Source: a virus
Taxonomy: Duplodnaviria; Caudoviricetes
Length of the DNA: 64,000 nt
Direction: 5' to 3' (one strand)
IMG/VR virus record: IMGVR_UViG_3300050343_000159
The notes under the pieces were generated by a model, which was given only the letters and a program-made list of their open reading frames with translations, was not told the DNA's origin and searched no databases. How positions within the stretch are numbered: position 1 is the first letter of the stretch; each line of letters starts with the position of its first letter. The translations under genes and the position numbers were made by a program. Positions 41,679-51,115 of this stretch are shown here, one piece after another.

Positions 41679-41953
41679 AGTTTAAAGCATTAGTATTCAT
41701 CCGACTACGATCACAGGTTGATGATTCGCCAGGTAATGCTGTGAGAGATTGCTGTAAAAGAATGTCTGAGTTAGACATCAAGAAACTTAGACTTGGTAAG
41801 GTCATTGATGTTTGGTTGGAAGCAGAGAGTAGAGAGTATGCTGAGAAGGAACTCGAAATGCTATCGGATAGATTTCTTGCTAATAAAGTTATGGAAGACT
41901 GGGATTATGAATTGACTGAGATTGAAAACTTTCCTAAAGGTATTGAGGAATAA
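41675..41953 (+). CDS. purS: FGAM synthase subunit PurS
   Basis: VDDSPGNAV...RLGKVIDV...LANKVMEDW. Confidence 0.85.
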   Translation: MKFKALVFIRLRSQVDDSPGNAVRDCCKRMSELDIKKLRLGKVIDVWLEAESREYAEKELEMLSDRFLANKVMEDWDYELTEIENFPKGIEE

Positions 41954-43113
41954 TGGGATATCTAATCGGTGGTGCTGGTGAAGGTGTAGAAGAGGAGATC
42001 GTACAATCTGGTAAAGACTATTCTAAACTGTCTGATAGAGAACTTCTAAGTCTCAGGGATCAGACAGTAAAGGATGTTGCTAAGTTCAATAACTTTCAGA
42101 TGGTGAGAAAGATTTGTTTGAACTCAGCTTATGGTGCGGTTGGTAACCAATACTTCAGATACTTCAAACTTGCAAATGCAGAAGCTATCACTCTGTCAGG
42201 TCAAACATCTATCAGGTGGATTGAGGATAGGTTAAACAAGTATCTGAATGAACTCCTAAAGACTGATAGTGATTATGTTATTGCCGTTGATACTGATTCT
42301 GTATACCTTAACCTTGGTCCTCTTGTTGATAAGTTCCTAGCAAAACAGAAGGATGATAAGGAGAAGGTGGTGAACCTTTTGGATAAGGTTTGTCAAGACA
42401 AGTTAGAACCTTTTATTGACGACTGTTATGTGAAACTGGCTGACTATGTGAATGCATATGATCAGAAGATGCAGATGAAGAGAGAAAATATTGCTGATCG
42501 TGGTATTTGGACCGCCAAGAAAAGATACATTCTTAATGTGTGGGATAGTGAGGGTGTTCGTTATGAAGAACCCAAACTCAAGATCATGGGTATTGAGGCT
42601 GTCAAATCATCTACACCCGCTCCCTGTAGGAAGATGATTAAGGATGGTCTCCGAGTGATGATGGAAGGAACTGAGGATGAGATGATTAAGTTTATCGATG
42701 AGGCTAGAATTAAGTTCAATAAACTATCGGTAGCCGAGTTGTCATTTCCCCGTTCTATTTCTGATGTAAATAAACACAAGAGCCATACAACCATCTATGG
42801 AAAGGGTTGTCCTATCCATGTGAGAGGTTCGCTACTTCATAACCACTACATTAAAGAGAGAGGTTTGGATAACAAGTATTCTCTTATCAATAATGGTGAT
42901 AAGATTAAGTTTGTTTATCTTAAGAAAGCCAATCCTATTCGTGAGAATGTGATTTCATTCTTGAATGATTTCCCGTATGAACTCGGACTTGATAAGTATA
43001 TTGATTATGAGTTACAATTCAACAAAGCCTTCCTTGAACCTGTAAAGGTCATTCTTGATTCCATTGGATGGAATGTTGAGAAAGTTGCAAACCTAGAGTT
43101 ATTTTTTAGTTAA
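41953..43113 (+). CDS. g43: DNA polymerase gp43, C-terminal part (motifs B and C, thumb)
   Basis: RKICLNSAYGAVGN (motif B), VDTDS (motif C), AKKRYIL, KIMGIEAVKSSTP, C-terminal clamp-binding NLELFF. Confidence 0.95.
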   Translation: MGYLIGGAGEGVEEEIVQSGKDYSKLSDRELLSLRDQTVKDVAKFNNFQMVRKICLNSAYGAVGNQYFRYFKLANAEAITLSGQTSIRWIEDRLNKYLNELLKTDSDYVIAVDTDSVYLNLGPLVDKFLAKQKDDKEKVVNLLDKVCQDKLEPFIDDCYVKLADYVNAYDQKMQMKRENIADRGIWTAKKRYILNVWDSEGVRYEEPKLKIMGIEAVKSSTPAPCRKMIKDGLRVMMEGTEDEMIKFIDEARIKFNKLSVAELSFPRSISDVNKHKSHTTIYGKGCPIHVRGSLLHNHYIKERGLDNKYSLINNGDKIKFVYLKKANPIRENVISFLNDFPYELGLDKYIDYELQFNKAFLEPVKVILDSIGWNVEKVANLELFFS

Positions 43114-44123
43114 TGGATTTCCTTAAAGAGATTGTAAAAGAGATTGGAGATGAGTACACCCAACTGGCAGCCGACATCGACGAAACCGAAACTTACGTGG
43201 ACACGGGTTCGTACATCTTTAACGGACTTTGTTCAGGTAGTATATTTGGTGGCGTATCTGGGAATAAGATTACTGCCATTGCTGGGGAGTCTTCTACTGG
43301 AAAGACTTTCTTTAGCTTGGCAGTCGTCAAGAACTTCCTTGATTCTAACCCTGGTGGTTATTGTCTATATTTTGACACTGAAGCCGCTGTTAACAAGTCT
43401 CTTCTTACAAGTAGGGGGATTGACTTAGATCGGTTTGTTGTAGTGAATGTAGTTACTGTTGAACAGTTCAGACAGAAGGCACTACAAGCTGTTGATATCT
43501 ACCTCAAAACACCAGAGGAAGATAGGAAACCATGTATGTTTGTGTTAGACTCTCTGGGTATGTTGTCTACAGAGAAAGAGATTCGTGATGCTCTTGATGA
43601 TAAACAGGTTCGGGACATGACTAAATCACAGTTAGTCAAAGGAGCCTTCAGAATGTTAACCCTGAAGTTGGGACAGGCTAAAATCCCAATGATTGTTACT
43701 AACCACACCTACGATGTTATCGGATCTTATGTCCCGACTAAGGAAATGGGAGGCGGCAGCGGCCTCAAGTATGCCGCGTCTACGATCATTTATCTCAGCA
43801 AGAAAAAAGAAAAGGATGGAACGGCTATTGTCGGAAACCTTATCAAGGCTAAAACAGCAAAGTCAAGACTTAGTAAAGAAAATAAAGACGTAACAGTTCG
43901 TCTCTATTATGATGAGAGAGGATTGGACAAATACTATGGTCTCCTTGAGTTAGGAGAAGTTGGTGGTATGTGGAAGAATGTGGCAGGTAGATATGAAATG
44001 GATGGTAAAAAAATATATGCAAAAGAGATTCTTAAGAATCCAGATAAGTATTTTACACAGGAAGTTTTAGAACAGTTAGATGAAATCGCGAAAGAACAAT
44101 TCTCCTATGGTTCAAGTATTTGA
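43113..44123 (+). CDS. uvsX: RecA-like recombinase UvsX
   Basis: AGESSTGKT, VLDSLGML, GGGSGLKYAAS. Confidence 0.96.
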   Translation: MDFLKEIVKEIGDEYTQLAADIDETETYVDTGSYIFNGLCSGSIFGGVSGNKITAIAGESSTGKTFFSLAVVKNFLDSNPGGYCLYFDTEAAVNKSLLTSRGIDLDRFVVVNVVTVEQFRQKALQAVDIYLKTPEEDRKPCMFVLDSLGMLSTEKEIRDALDDKQVRDMTKSQLVKGAFRMLTLKLGQAKIPMIVTNHTYDVIGSYVPTKEMGGGSGLKYAASTIIYLSKKKEKDGTAIVGNLIKAKTAKSRLSKENKDVTVRLYYDERGLDKYYGLLELGEVGGMWKNVAGRYEMDGKKIYAKEILKNPDKYFTQEVLEQLDEIAKEQFSYGSSI

Positions 44124-44625
44124 CCATGTTCTCCCCGAGGACTTGTGTCACAATCTCATAGATCTGTTTGAAGACTCTGAGAAGAACCATGAATACTTTA
44201 ATGATGATTATAAACCCTGCTTTACACAACTGAATCTTAATCAACATAATCCAGAACTTGTAAAGGTTTTAGTTGGTTTTGTTCAGAAAGCATATGGAAT
44301 GTACTCAGTTGAGGTTAGGAGAAAACATTTACCAAGATTGAAATCTCTTGAAGAGTTTAGACTTAAGAGATACCTTCCTGGTGGAGAACAGAGATTTGAT
44401 GAACACGTAGATGTTGTTGATCATCCCTCTGCAAGGAGATGTCTTGCCTTCTTATTTTATCTAAACGGTAGTGACGGAGAAACATACTTTCCTGAACATG
44501 ACGTGACAATCCACCCAAAGTGTGGTAAAGTATTAGTGTTCCCTCCAACATGGGAATACCCACACGCTGGGTTACCACCAACAAATACAAAGTATATTTT
44601 GAGTACATACATTCATTATGAATAA
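44098..44625 (+). CDS. 2OG-Fe(II) oxygenase
   Basis: FDEHVD (HxD), LAFLFYLN, FPPTWEYPHAG, KYILST. Confidence 0.88.
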   Translation, partial: NSPMVQVFDHVLPEDLCHNLIDLFEDSEKNHEYFNDDYKPCFTQLNLNQHNPELVKVLVGFVQKAYGMYSVEVRRKHLPRLKSLEEFRLKRYLPGGEQRFDEHVDVVDHPSARRCLAFLFYLNGSDGETYFPEHDVTIHPKCGKVLVFPPTWEYPHAGLPPTNTKYILSTYIHYE

Positions 44626-45991
44626 GGTTGAGTTTCTAATCCTAAGAAGTCTTCTTCACAATGAAGAATATTTGCGTAAGGCTTTACCATTCCTCAAAGA
44701 TGAATACTTTGAGGACGAGGATCAGAAAGTTGTATACCAAGAGATTCTCAGTTTTACAACTGAGTATAATGAACTTCCTACAAAAGAGGTTCTTTCTATT
44801 GAGGTTGAGAAACGAAAGGATATCAATGAGGATCAGTTCAAGAAAATTGCTCATCTGATTTCACATCTAGATGATGAACCAGCAGAGTTTGATTGGTTGT
44901 TAAACACTACTGAAAAGTGGTGTCGTGAACGTGCTATCTACTTGGCACTGGTTGAGTCTATTGGTATCGCAGATGGTCAGAGTAAAGATAAGACTCCAGA
45001 TGCAATTCCTTCTATCTTATCTGATGCTCTAGCTGTTAGTTTTGACAACCATGTTGGACACGATTACCTGGAAGATTATCTAGAAAGATATGAAGCCTAT
45101 AATAGAAAGGAGAATAGAATACCATTTGATTTAGAATACTTCAACAAAGTTACAAAGGGTGGTCTTCCTAATAAAACACTGAATATTGCTCTTGCTGGCA
45201 CAGGTGTTGGTAAGTCTTTGTTTATGTGTCATATGGCTGCCTCTGTTCTTCTTCAGAACAAGAATGTTTTATACATTACTATGGAGATGGCTGAAGAGAA
45301 GATTGCAGAACGTATTGATGCCAATCTTCTGAATGTCAACATCCAAGAGGTGGCAGAGCTTCCTAAACAGATGTTTGAAACCAAGGTAAATAATCTAGCA
45401 AAGAAGACTCAGGGAACCCTGATCATCAAAGAATATCCCACAGCATCGGCACACAGTGGACACTTTACATCACTTCTTAACGAGCTTGCACTTAAGAAAT
45501 CATTTAAGCCTGATATTATTTTCATTGATTACCTTAATATATGTGCTTCCAGCAGGTATCGCGGAGGTAGTAATGTCAATTCATATACGGTTATCAAGTC
45601 TATTGCTGAGGAGCTTAGAGGATTGGCTGTTGAAGCAAACGTCCCTATCGTTTCTGCCACGCAGACCACTCGTTCTGGTTATGGTAGCTCTGATGTTGAG
45701 CTTACTGACACTAGCGAATCCTTTGGTCTCCCTGCTACTGCTGATCTTATGTTTGCCCTTATTTCAACTGATGAGCTTGAGGGGCTCGGACAGATACTGG
45801 TAAAACAACTCAAGAATAGATACAATGACGCTAATGTGTATAAGAGATTTGTGATTGGTATTGACAGAGCCAAGATGAGGTTGTATGATTGTGAGCAGTC
45901 AGCTCAGGACGATCTCCTTGAAAGTAAAACCGAAGAGGAGTATAATTATGAGGACAAACCTAAGAAATCATTTGAGGGATTTAAGTTTTGA
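44618..45991 (+). CDS. g41: Replicative helicase gp41
   Basis: LAGTGVGKS, IFIDYLNI, SATQTTR, SESFGLPATAD, KQLKNRY. Confidence 0.97.
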   Translation: MNKVEFLILRSLLHNEEYLRKALPFLKDEYFEDEDQKVVYQEILSFTTEYNELPTKEVLSIEVEKRKDINEDQFKKIAHLISHLDDEPAEFDWLLNTTEKWCRERAIYLALVESIGIADGQSKDKTPDAIPSILSDALAVSFDNHVGHDYLEDYLERYEAYNRKENRIPFDLEYFNKVTKGGLPNKTLNIALAGTGVGKSLFMCHMAASVLLQNKNVLYITMEMAEEKIAERIDANLLNVNIQEVAELPKQMFETKVNNLAKKTQGTLIIKEYPTASAHSGHFTSLLNELALKKSFKPDIIFIDYLNICASSRYRGGSNVNSYTVIKSIAEELRGLAVEANVPIVSATQTTRSGYGSSDVELTDTSESFGLPATADLMFALISTDELEGLGQILVKQLKNRYNDANVYKRFVIGIDRAKMRLYDCEQSAQDDLLESKTEEEYNYEDKPKKSFEGFKF

Positions 45992-46302
45992 ACGGTTACT
46001 ATTCAGTGTTTAATCCCAGAGGTGAAAAGATTGCCGATTGTGGTAGTCAAAGAGATGCCGTTAATCTTATTGGTATGAGGAATGCACGATGGGACGGACA
46101 TTACTATATGTTCAATCCTCTCCCTGGTGATATAATTGATGTTAGTTCTGACAAACAACTTCCTACCCGAGACATCGTAGTTAATATGGATGGTGGAGTA
46201 GGTGGTAGTTGGGAACAAATTGAATATTTCGAAGTTGGTGGTCAGAAACTTCCAACCCAACAATCTCTCCCTGAAAATCAACAACAACCTTTAGACTTAT
46301 GA
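45988..46302 (+). CDS. Hypothetical protein
   Basis: TTG start overlapping g41 stop; 104 aa. Confidence 0.55.
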   Translation: MNGYYSVFNPRGEKIADCGSQRDAVNLIGMRNARWDGHYYMFNPLPGDIIDVSSDKQLPTRDIVVNMDGGVGGSWEQIEYFEVGGQKLPTQQSLPENQQQPLDL

Positions 46303-46703
46303 CTGTAGACACACAACGATACCTTGAATTTGTAAATGGCGTTACCTCGGAACAAAGTAAAGATCACGAAGCTTTTGTATATCGTATCCAAGAACTTGAA
46401 GGACAGGAATTTCCTACCGAGCGATTGCTTACTGCTGCTGTAGGAATGTCTGCTGAGGCAGGTGAGTTTACTGAGATTGTCAAGAAGATTGTATTCCAAG
46501 GTAAACCTGTTAATGAAGAGAACTTGTTTCATATGAAACGAGAACTTGGTGATATTATGTGGTATGTGGCTCAAGCCTGTATGGGGTTAAATACCTCGAT
46601 CGATGAGATCATTGAGATGAATGTAGATAAACTTGAGAAACGATACCCTGGTGGATCGTTTGATGTTCACTACTCTGAAAACCGTAAACAAGGAGACCTC
46701 TGA
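46299..46703 (+). CDS. mazG: MazG-like nucleotide pyrophosphohydrolase
   Basis: GMSAEAGEFTEIVKK, KRELGDIMWY, NVDKLEKRYP. Confidence 0.93.
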   Translation: MTVDTQRYLEFVNGVTSEQSKDHEAFVYRIQELEGQEFPTERLLTAAVGMSAEAGEFTEIVKKIVFQGKPVNEENLFHMKRELGDIMWYVAQACMGLNTSIDEIIEMNVDKLEKRYPGGSFDVHYSENRKQGDL

Positions 46704-46822
46704 TGGATGGCGCAGTTCATGCATGGAATACCATGAGTTATGGAGAAGGATTTCTCTTCTCCGTTTGGTTACTGGGGATGTATTTTATTAAACTAAAAAT
46801 GGATCAGAGGTTTGGGCGATGA
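46703..46822 (+). CDS. 39-aa membrane peptide
   Basis: TGATG coupling; MDGAVHAWNTMSYGEGFLFSVWLLGMYFIK. Confidence 0.5.
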   Translation: MDGAVHAWNTMSYGEGFLFSVWLLGMYFIKLKMDQRFGR

Positions 46823-46980
46823 ATCTTGAAATGAGTAGACGTGACGCAATTGTTCTACGTCATCATCTTTTCTTGTATACAAAAGATCACCCTGGTTTCT
46901 TCTCTGATGAAGGTATTCTAAAGATCAGAGAGATTTCACAACAACTAGATAAACAAATTGGTAAAGAGGAAAACCTATGA
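46819..46980 (+). CDS. 53-aa hypothetical protein
   Basis: ATGA overlaps at both ends; MNLEMSRRDAIVLRHHLF. Confidence 0.55.
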   Translation: MNLEMSRRDAIVLRHHLFLYTKDHPGFFSDEGILKIREISQQLDKQIGKEENL

Positions 46981-47195
46981 TTAAAATTGAAATGGATGTT
47001 AGAGCTGCAGCCGCAGTGAGAGCATCACTCTTTCGTGATACAAAAGAGTATACATATGATCCAACCTGTTGTCCTCAACGAGTTGTTGATCTTCGTAACG
47101 TAATTTTAGATTTGGACACACAAATCGAAACAGAAATCCAAAAAGTAATTGAAGCACAAACTGAGGAGGAATCCAATGAAACTACTGACGCTTGA
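46977..47195 (+). CDS. Hypothetical protein
   Basis: 72 aa; DPTCCP. Confidence 0.6.
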   Translation: MIKIEMDVRAAAAVRASLFRDTKEYTYDPTCCPQRVVDLRNVILDLDTQIETEIQKVIEAQTEEESNETTDA

Positions 47196-47397
47196 AGACT
47201 ATCAAAAAGCTGGAGAAGAGTTTTGGCCTAAGTATTGGTACGTCTCTAAAGAACTTGGAGAGGGAGCTAAGGTTGAGGACATTCTAAAAGTTATGGAATC
47301 TCTTGGTGCTGTTGCTTTAAAAATTAAAGTAGAAGACAAACTCTCTGGACCATTTGGATTTAACAAAAAGAAAGATGACGAATCAACGGAAGAATGA
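47176..47397 (+). CDS. Conserved cyanophage hypothetical protein
   Basis: GAGGA RBS; MKLLTLEDYQKAGEEFWPKYWY. Confidence 0.65.
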   Translation: MKLLTLEDYQKAGEEFWPKYWYVSKELGEGAKVEDILKVMESLGAVALKIKVEDKLSGPFGFNKKKDDESTEE

Positions 47398-47605
47398 AAC
47401 CCTGGTTGATGAAGCATTCTATGTCTGGGAAACTAGATATGGACTGTGGTCAACAGAAACAAAAGAAGGTCGTGGTATGATGACTGGAGCTACTAGAGAT
47501 GCTGTTGTTGTAATGACACGGTGGCATCTCAAGTGTGAACAAGATGGAACTCTTGAACAATACACAAGAGTTGTAGGTAGTTCTGTGGTTGATGGGAAGT
47601 TGTAA
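47378..47605 (+). CDS. Hypothetical protein
   Basis: FYVWETRYGLWST...VDGKL. Confidence 0.55.
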   Translation, partial: TNQRKNETLVDEAFYVWETRYGLWSTETKEGRGMMTGATRDAVVVMTRWHLKCEQDGTLEQYTRVVGSSVVDGKL

Positions 47606-47805
47606 TGGACCAAATATTCAGACTGTTGTCTATGTTTGTTATGTTGTTCAATATCTGTAATCAGAGTGACTTCAATAGACAACAGTGTATGAAAGACTGG
47701 GATGTGTGGTTGTATCCTGAACTTATAAGTGGTTGGAATCTATACACAGAAAAAGAAAAACCCTATCAAAGAGAGAAGGAAATATTAGAAGACATAAATA
47801 ACTAA
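47605..47805 (+). CDS. Hypothetical protein
   Basis: TAATG coupling; 66 aa. Confidence 0.55.
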   Translation: MDQIFRLLSMFVMLFNICNQSDFNRQQCMKDWDVWLYPELISGWNLYTEKEKPYQREKEILEDINN

Positions 47806-47827
47806 TAATAGATTTGTTGCTAGAACC

Positions 47828-49079
47828 ATGCAAGATATGAGAGATCTGTATAAGGCATATTCTGCCGTACATGATACTACTATTAAGGAAGAACTAGATA
47901 ACTCGAAAGATCAGATTTCTGCAATGAACTTGGGTCAGCTGACCGAAGATGATTTGCTTGAAGTTTGTGAGGAGATTGTAGAAGGTTTGTTCCAGTATGG
48001 TTGTGTTCTAAACACTGTACATGAAGTTGTTGGTTCTGTTATGGAATCGACTGTAGAAGGTGAACTTCCTGCACATAGACAAGAGAAGATTGTTCGTATC
48101 TCTGAAGCATTTGATAAGACATTTGAAAAGGTAGCTAGTAGAGCTGAGAGAAACTGTGAAGAAGAGTTCCTCAAGTATCGCACTAATAAGCCTCTGAATG
48201 AGAAGTGGCAAAATAAGTTGAATAATGAAGTTGGTAACGAGAAACTTCATGCAGCTTTGATTCACGAAGATAGAGAAACCATCAAGGGTGGTTTGATTGA
48301 GATGATCTCTAAGGTCATTGAAGAGAAGAAAGATTCTTCTTATCTTGAGACAGATATGAAGAAGAGAGAGAAGAATAACGAGAAGGCTCGTAAGGACATG
48401 GAGAAGATGGGTTCTATGAAGAATCCAGCCTTTGAAGAAGTATCAACTCTGAGAAAGGGTTGGGGTGATGCATATGCCGCCATCTACGAGAAGAAACTTG
48501 ATCCTGTAGGTCAGGAAGATGGTGATATCGATAATGACGGTGACAAGGATTCTTCTGATAAGTATCTTGCCAAGAGACGTAAGGCTATCGCTAAGTCCAT
48601 GAATGAAAGAAGGTAAGATGTCTGATGAAGACATCAAGAAGCGTGTTGGTTACACTTCTGATGAAACTCGCCAGAAGAGACTTGATAAAATCAAAGTCAA
48701 GTTTATGAAGAAAGAAGAGACTGAAGTACAAGAAGGTATCCGTGATCTTGATCAAGAAAAAGGAACCAAAGAAAGAAAAGCAAGTCTCGAAAAGAAGCGT
48801 GGTATGAAACTTGATGATCATCCCCAGTATAAGAAAGAAAAAGTCGAAGGTTACATGCCTATGACACCTGAGAGAACTGCTCGTGTTGACAAATCAAAAG
48901 CAAAGGCTTATGATAAGGACATGATGGCACAATCCAAGGGTGACACTGAAGGAGCAGATAAACAGTTCAAACGTCGTATGGCAATGGACTTCAAAACTAA
49001 GATGAAGAAAGAGGAAGTAACTTTCTCTGAAGCTGAACTGAAGAAGTTTGAAGAGATTGCAAAATCCTGGGAAGATTGA
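47828..49079 (+). CDS. Glu/Lys-rich probable internal head protein (probably one gene; 4-nt TGAA duplication near 48600)
   Basis: LDPVGQEDGDIDNDGDKDSSDKYLAKRRKAI module; track ORFs 47828 and 48603 join at KSM-KEGK. Confidence 0.55.
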
Positions 49080-49082
49080 TCG

Positions 49083-51061
49083 ATGACGAGAGACGTATTT
49101 AAATATTTTAAACATGTAAGGTCTCTCCAAGAAGATAAAGGAGCTGAGAAAGCAGCAGAGCTTGGTTACCAACACCAGGCTCGTGGTGTGTATATTGATC
49201 CTAAAACTCAGAAGAGATACAAGAATGTTGGCGATAAGTTAGAACCTATCGTTGTTGAACCAACTGCCGAAAAGGGTGGTGGTCAACAGAAACCTGATAC
49301 CAAATCATTGGGTCAGTTTAAAAAAGATGCTACTAGCAACACAACCAGACACCAACAGCATTGCCACAAATTCCTGATGGAGTTAGTGACGATGAGTTTG
49401 CTGCTGCTAAGGCAAAAGAATTTACTGGTGGTAGAGATGTAACACCAGAAAGAAAGGAGTTCCTTGATAAAGTATCTAAGACACTGGTTGCATTAGGTAA
49501 TCGTCAGGCGGCAGCTGAGGTATCTGATGAAGAGGAACCTGAAACACCAGAAGAAACAGAAGCACCAGAAGAAAAGACAGCTGATGATTTCCCTACTATT
49601 GATCAGAAACTAGAACAGGAATCTGAAGAGGCTACTGAAGACAATGATTTAGATGAGGATGAAGCATTTGAAACTGAGTATGAAAGGTTCCAACAGGAAG
49701 CCGAAGAAACCATGAGAGGTTTGGCTGATAGGCAACGCAAGATGATGGAAAAGAAGTTCGGTAAATTTACTGAATCTCTGAAGAATATCCCTAGTGCTAC
49801 TGATAAGAAATCATTCTTGGCATCAATGGCACACGCCAAGACATTTGAAGGTCGTGTGAATGCAGGTGCTGGTAAGAACAATCTTGGATATGCTGATGTG
49901 CAGAACTTGATGGCCAATCGTGACAGATTGATTGAAGGATATGGTGATGGATCACCTGAACATATTAAAAAGTTTGTTGATTCTGTTCGTTCGATCGAAG
50001 TATCTGATGAATTTGTTGATGCATCTTATGATGTTCTTCCTGAAACTTTCAAGAAATCATTGAAAGGTAAAGGTCAAGTTACTGGTGATAAGTATGTGTC
50101 AGATGATAAGGCACATAAAGACATGCACTATCTGGGCAAAAACCCAGATGGTACAGCAAAGAGAGGTATGGCTAGTACTAATGATAGGGCTAAGTTGATG
50201 TGGAAGATCTACCTGGAACAGGGTGGTCGTGATGCCTATACAGGTCTCCCACTTGATATTCAGTCAATGGATTTGGAACATGTTCGTGGTTTCAACAATA
50301 AAGATGGTGGAAAACCAGGTAAAGAAGAGTGGGAACAGAGAGAAAATGATGATAATATGACCCTTATCAACTCTAATATCAACCAAACAAAGGTTGATTT
50401 GTCAATGAAAGACTTCTTTGAACAGAGAGTTGATCCAGATAAGGACAAATCAGAGGAAGACTTTGGTGGTATTGAGAAGTTATTTGACAAACAGAATGAA
50501 ATTATGAGTGTTGGTGAGGAACTTTCCAAAACACTTTTAGGTGAAGGTGGTAAGGGACTTGGTAACGAAGTAACTAGAGAAGTTCTTAGAGAACACTTTA
50601 GTGGTGATGATACCAGGTATAATGATCTTAGAGAAGAGTTCCGTAAGGTTGCCACTGATGAAAAAGATAAGAAAAAGGCCAATGGAATGAAGTCTAAGAT
50701 GGGTAAAACTCTTCTGAAAGCTACTGGTTTGGCTCGTGGTATTACTGACCCTTCAGGTAGAAGAACAGTAGCACTTCAAGAGAATGTGTATCGTGGTTTC
50801 TTGGAGTCGATGGCTGGAGCAAAATCATCAGATCGTCAAAAGTATATGGATGGTTGGGCAGAAGCAATTAAAGCAGGTAATGATGAGAGAACACCTAAAG
50901 CAGTCAATAGAAAACTGATTGAACTCGGATTGATCGATCAAGAGATCTTGGATGATAAGAAAGCTGGTCGAGTGTTCCGTGAAGAACTTGAATATCTTGA
51001 TAGGATGAATGGAAGAATGACTATTGATAAGTTAAAAAAATCATTAAGAAATCCCTTTTGA
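49083..51061 (+). CDS. Large protein with HNH nuclease domain (one frameshift near 49365)
   Basis: KIYLEQGGRDAYTGLPLDI..DLEHV...DNMTLINSNINQTK ββα-Me signature at about 50192-50395. Confidence 0.7.
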
Positions 51062-51062
51062 C

Positions 51063-51091
51063 TTGACACAGGGGTCAAGGTGTGTTAGTAT
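51063..51091 (+). promoter_or_regulatory. Sigma70 promoter for the phage sigma factor gene
   Basis: TTGACA-17 nt-TAGTAT with TG extended -10. Confidence 0.65.
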
Positions 51092-51115
51092 TGTCGTATA
51101 GTAAAAAAGTCATTA

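Noticed and set aside
40260-42060. Split intein or group I intron at the g43 break
   Set aside because: Neither fragment has intein block A or G residues, no endonuclease lies in the interval, and the intervening DNA is fully occupied by ordinary coupled genes.
44098-44625. 2OG-Fe(II) oxygenase as a novelty
   Set aside because: This family is very common in cyanomyoviruses, and nothing distinctive was seen.
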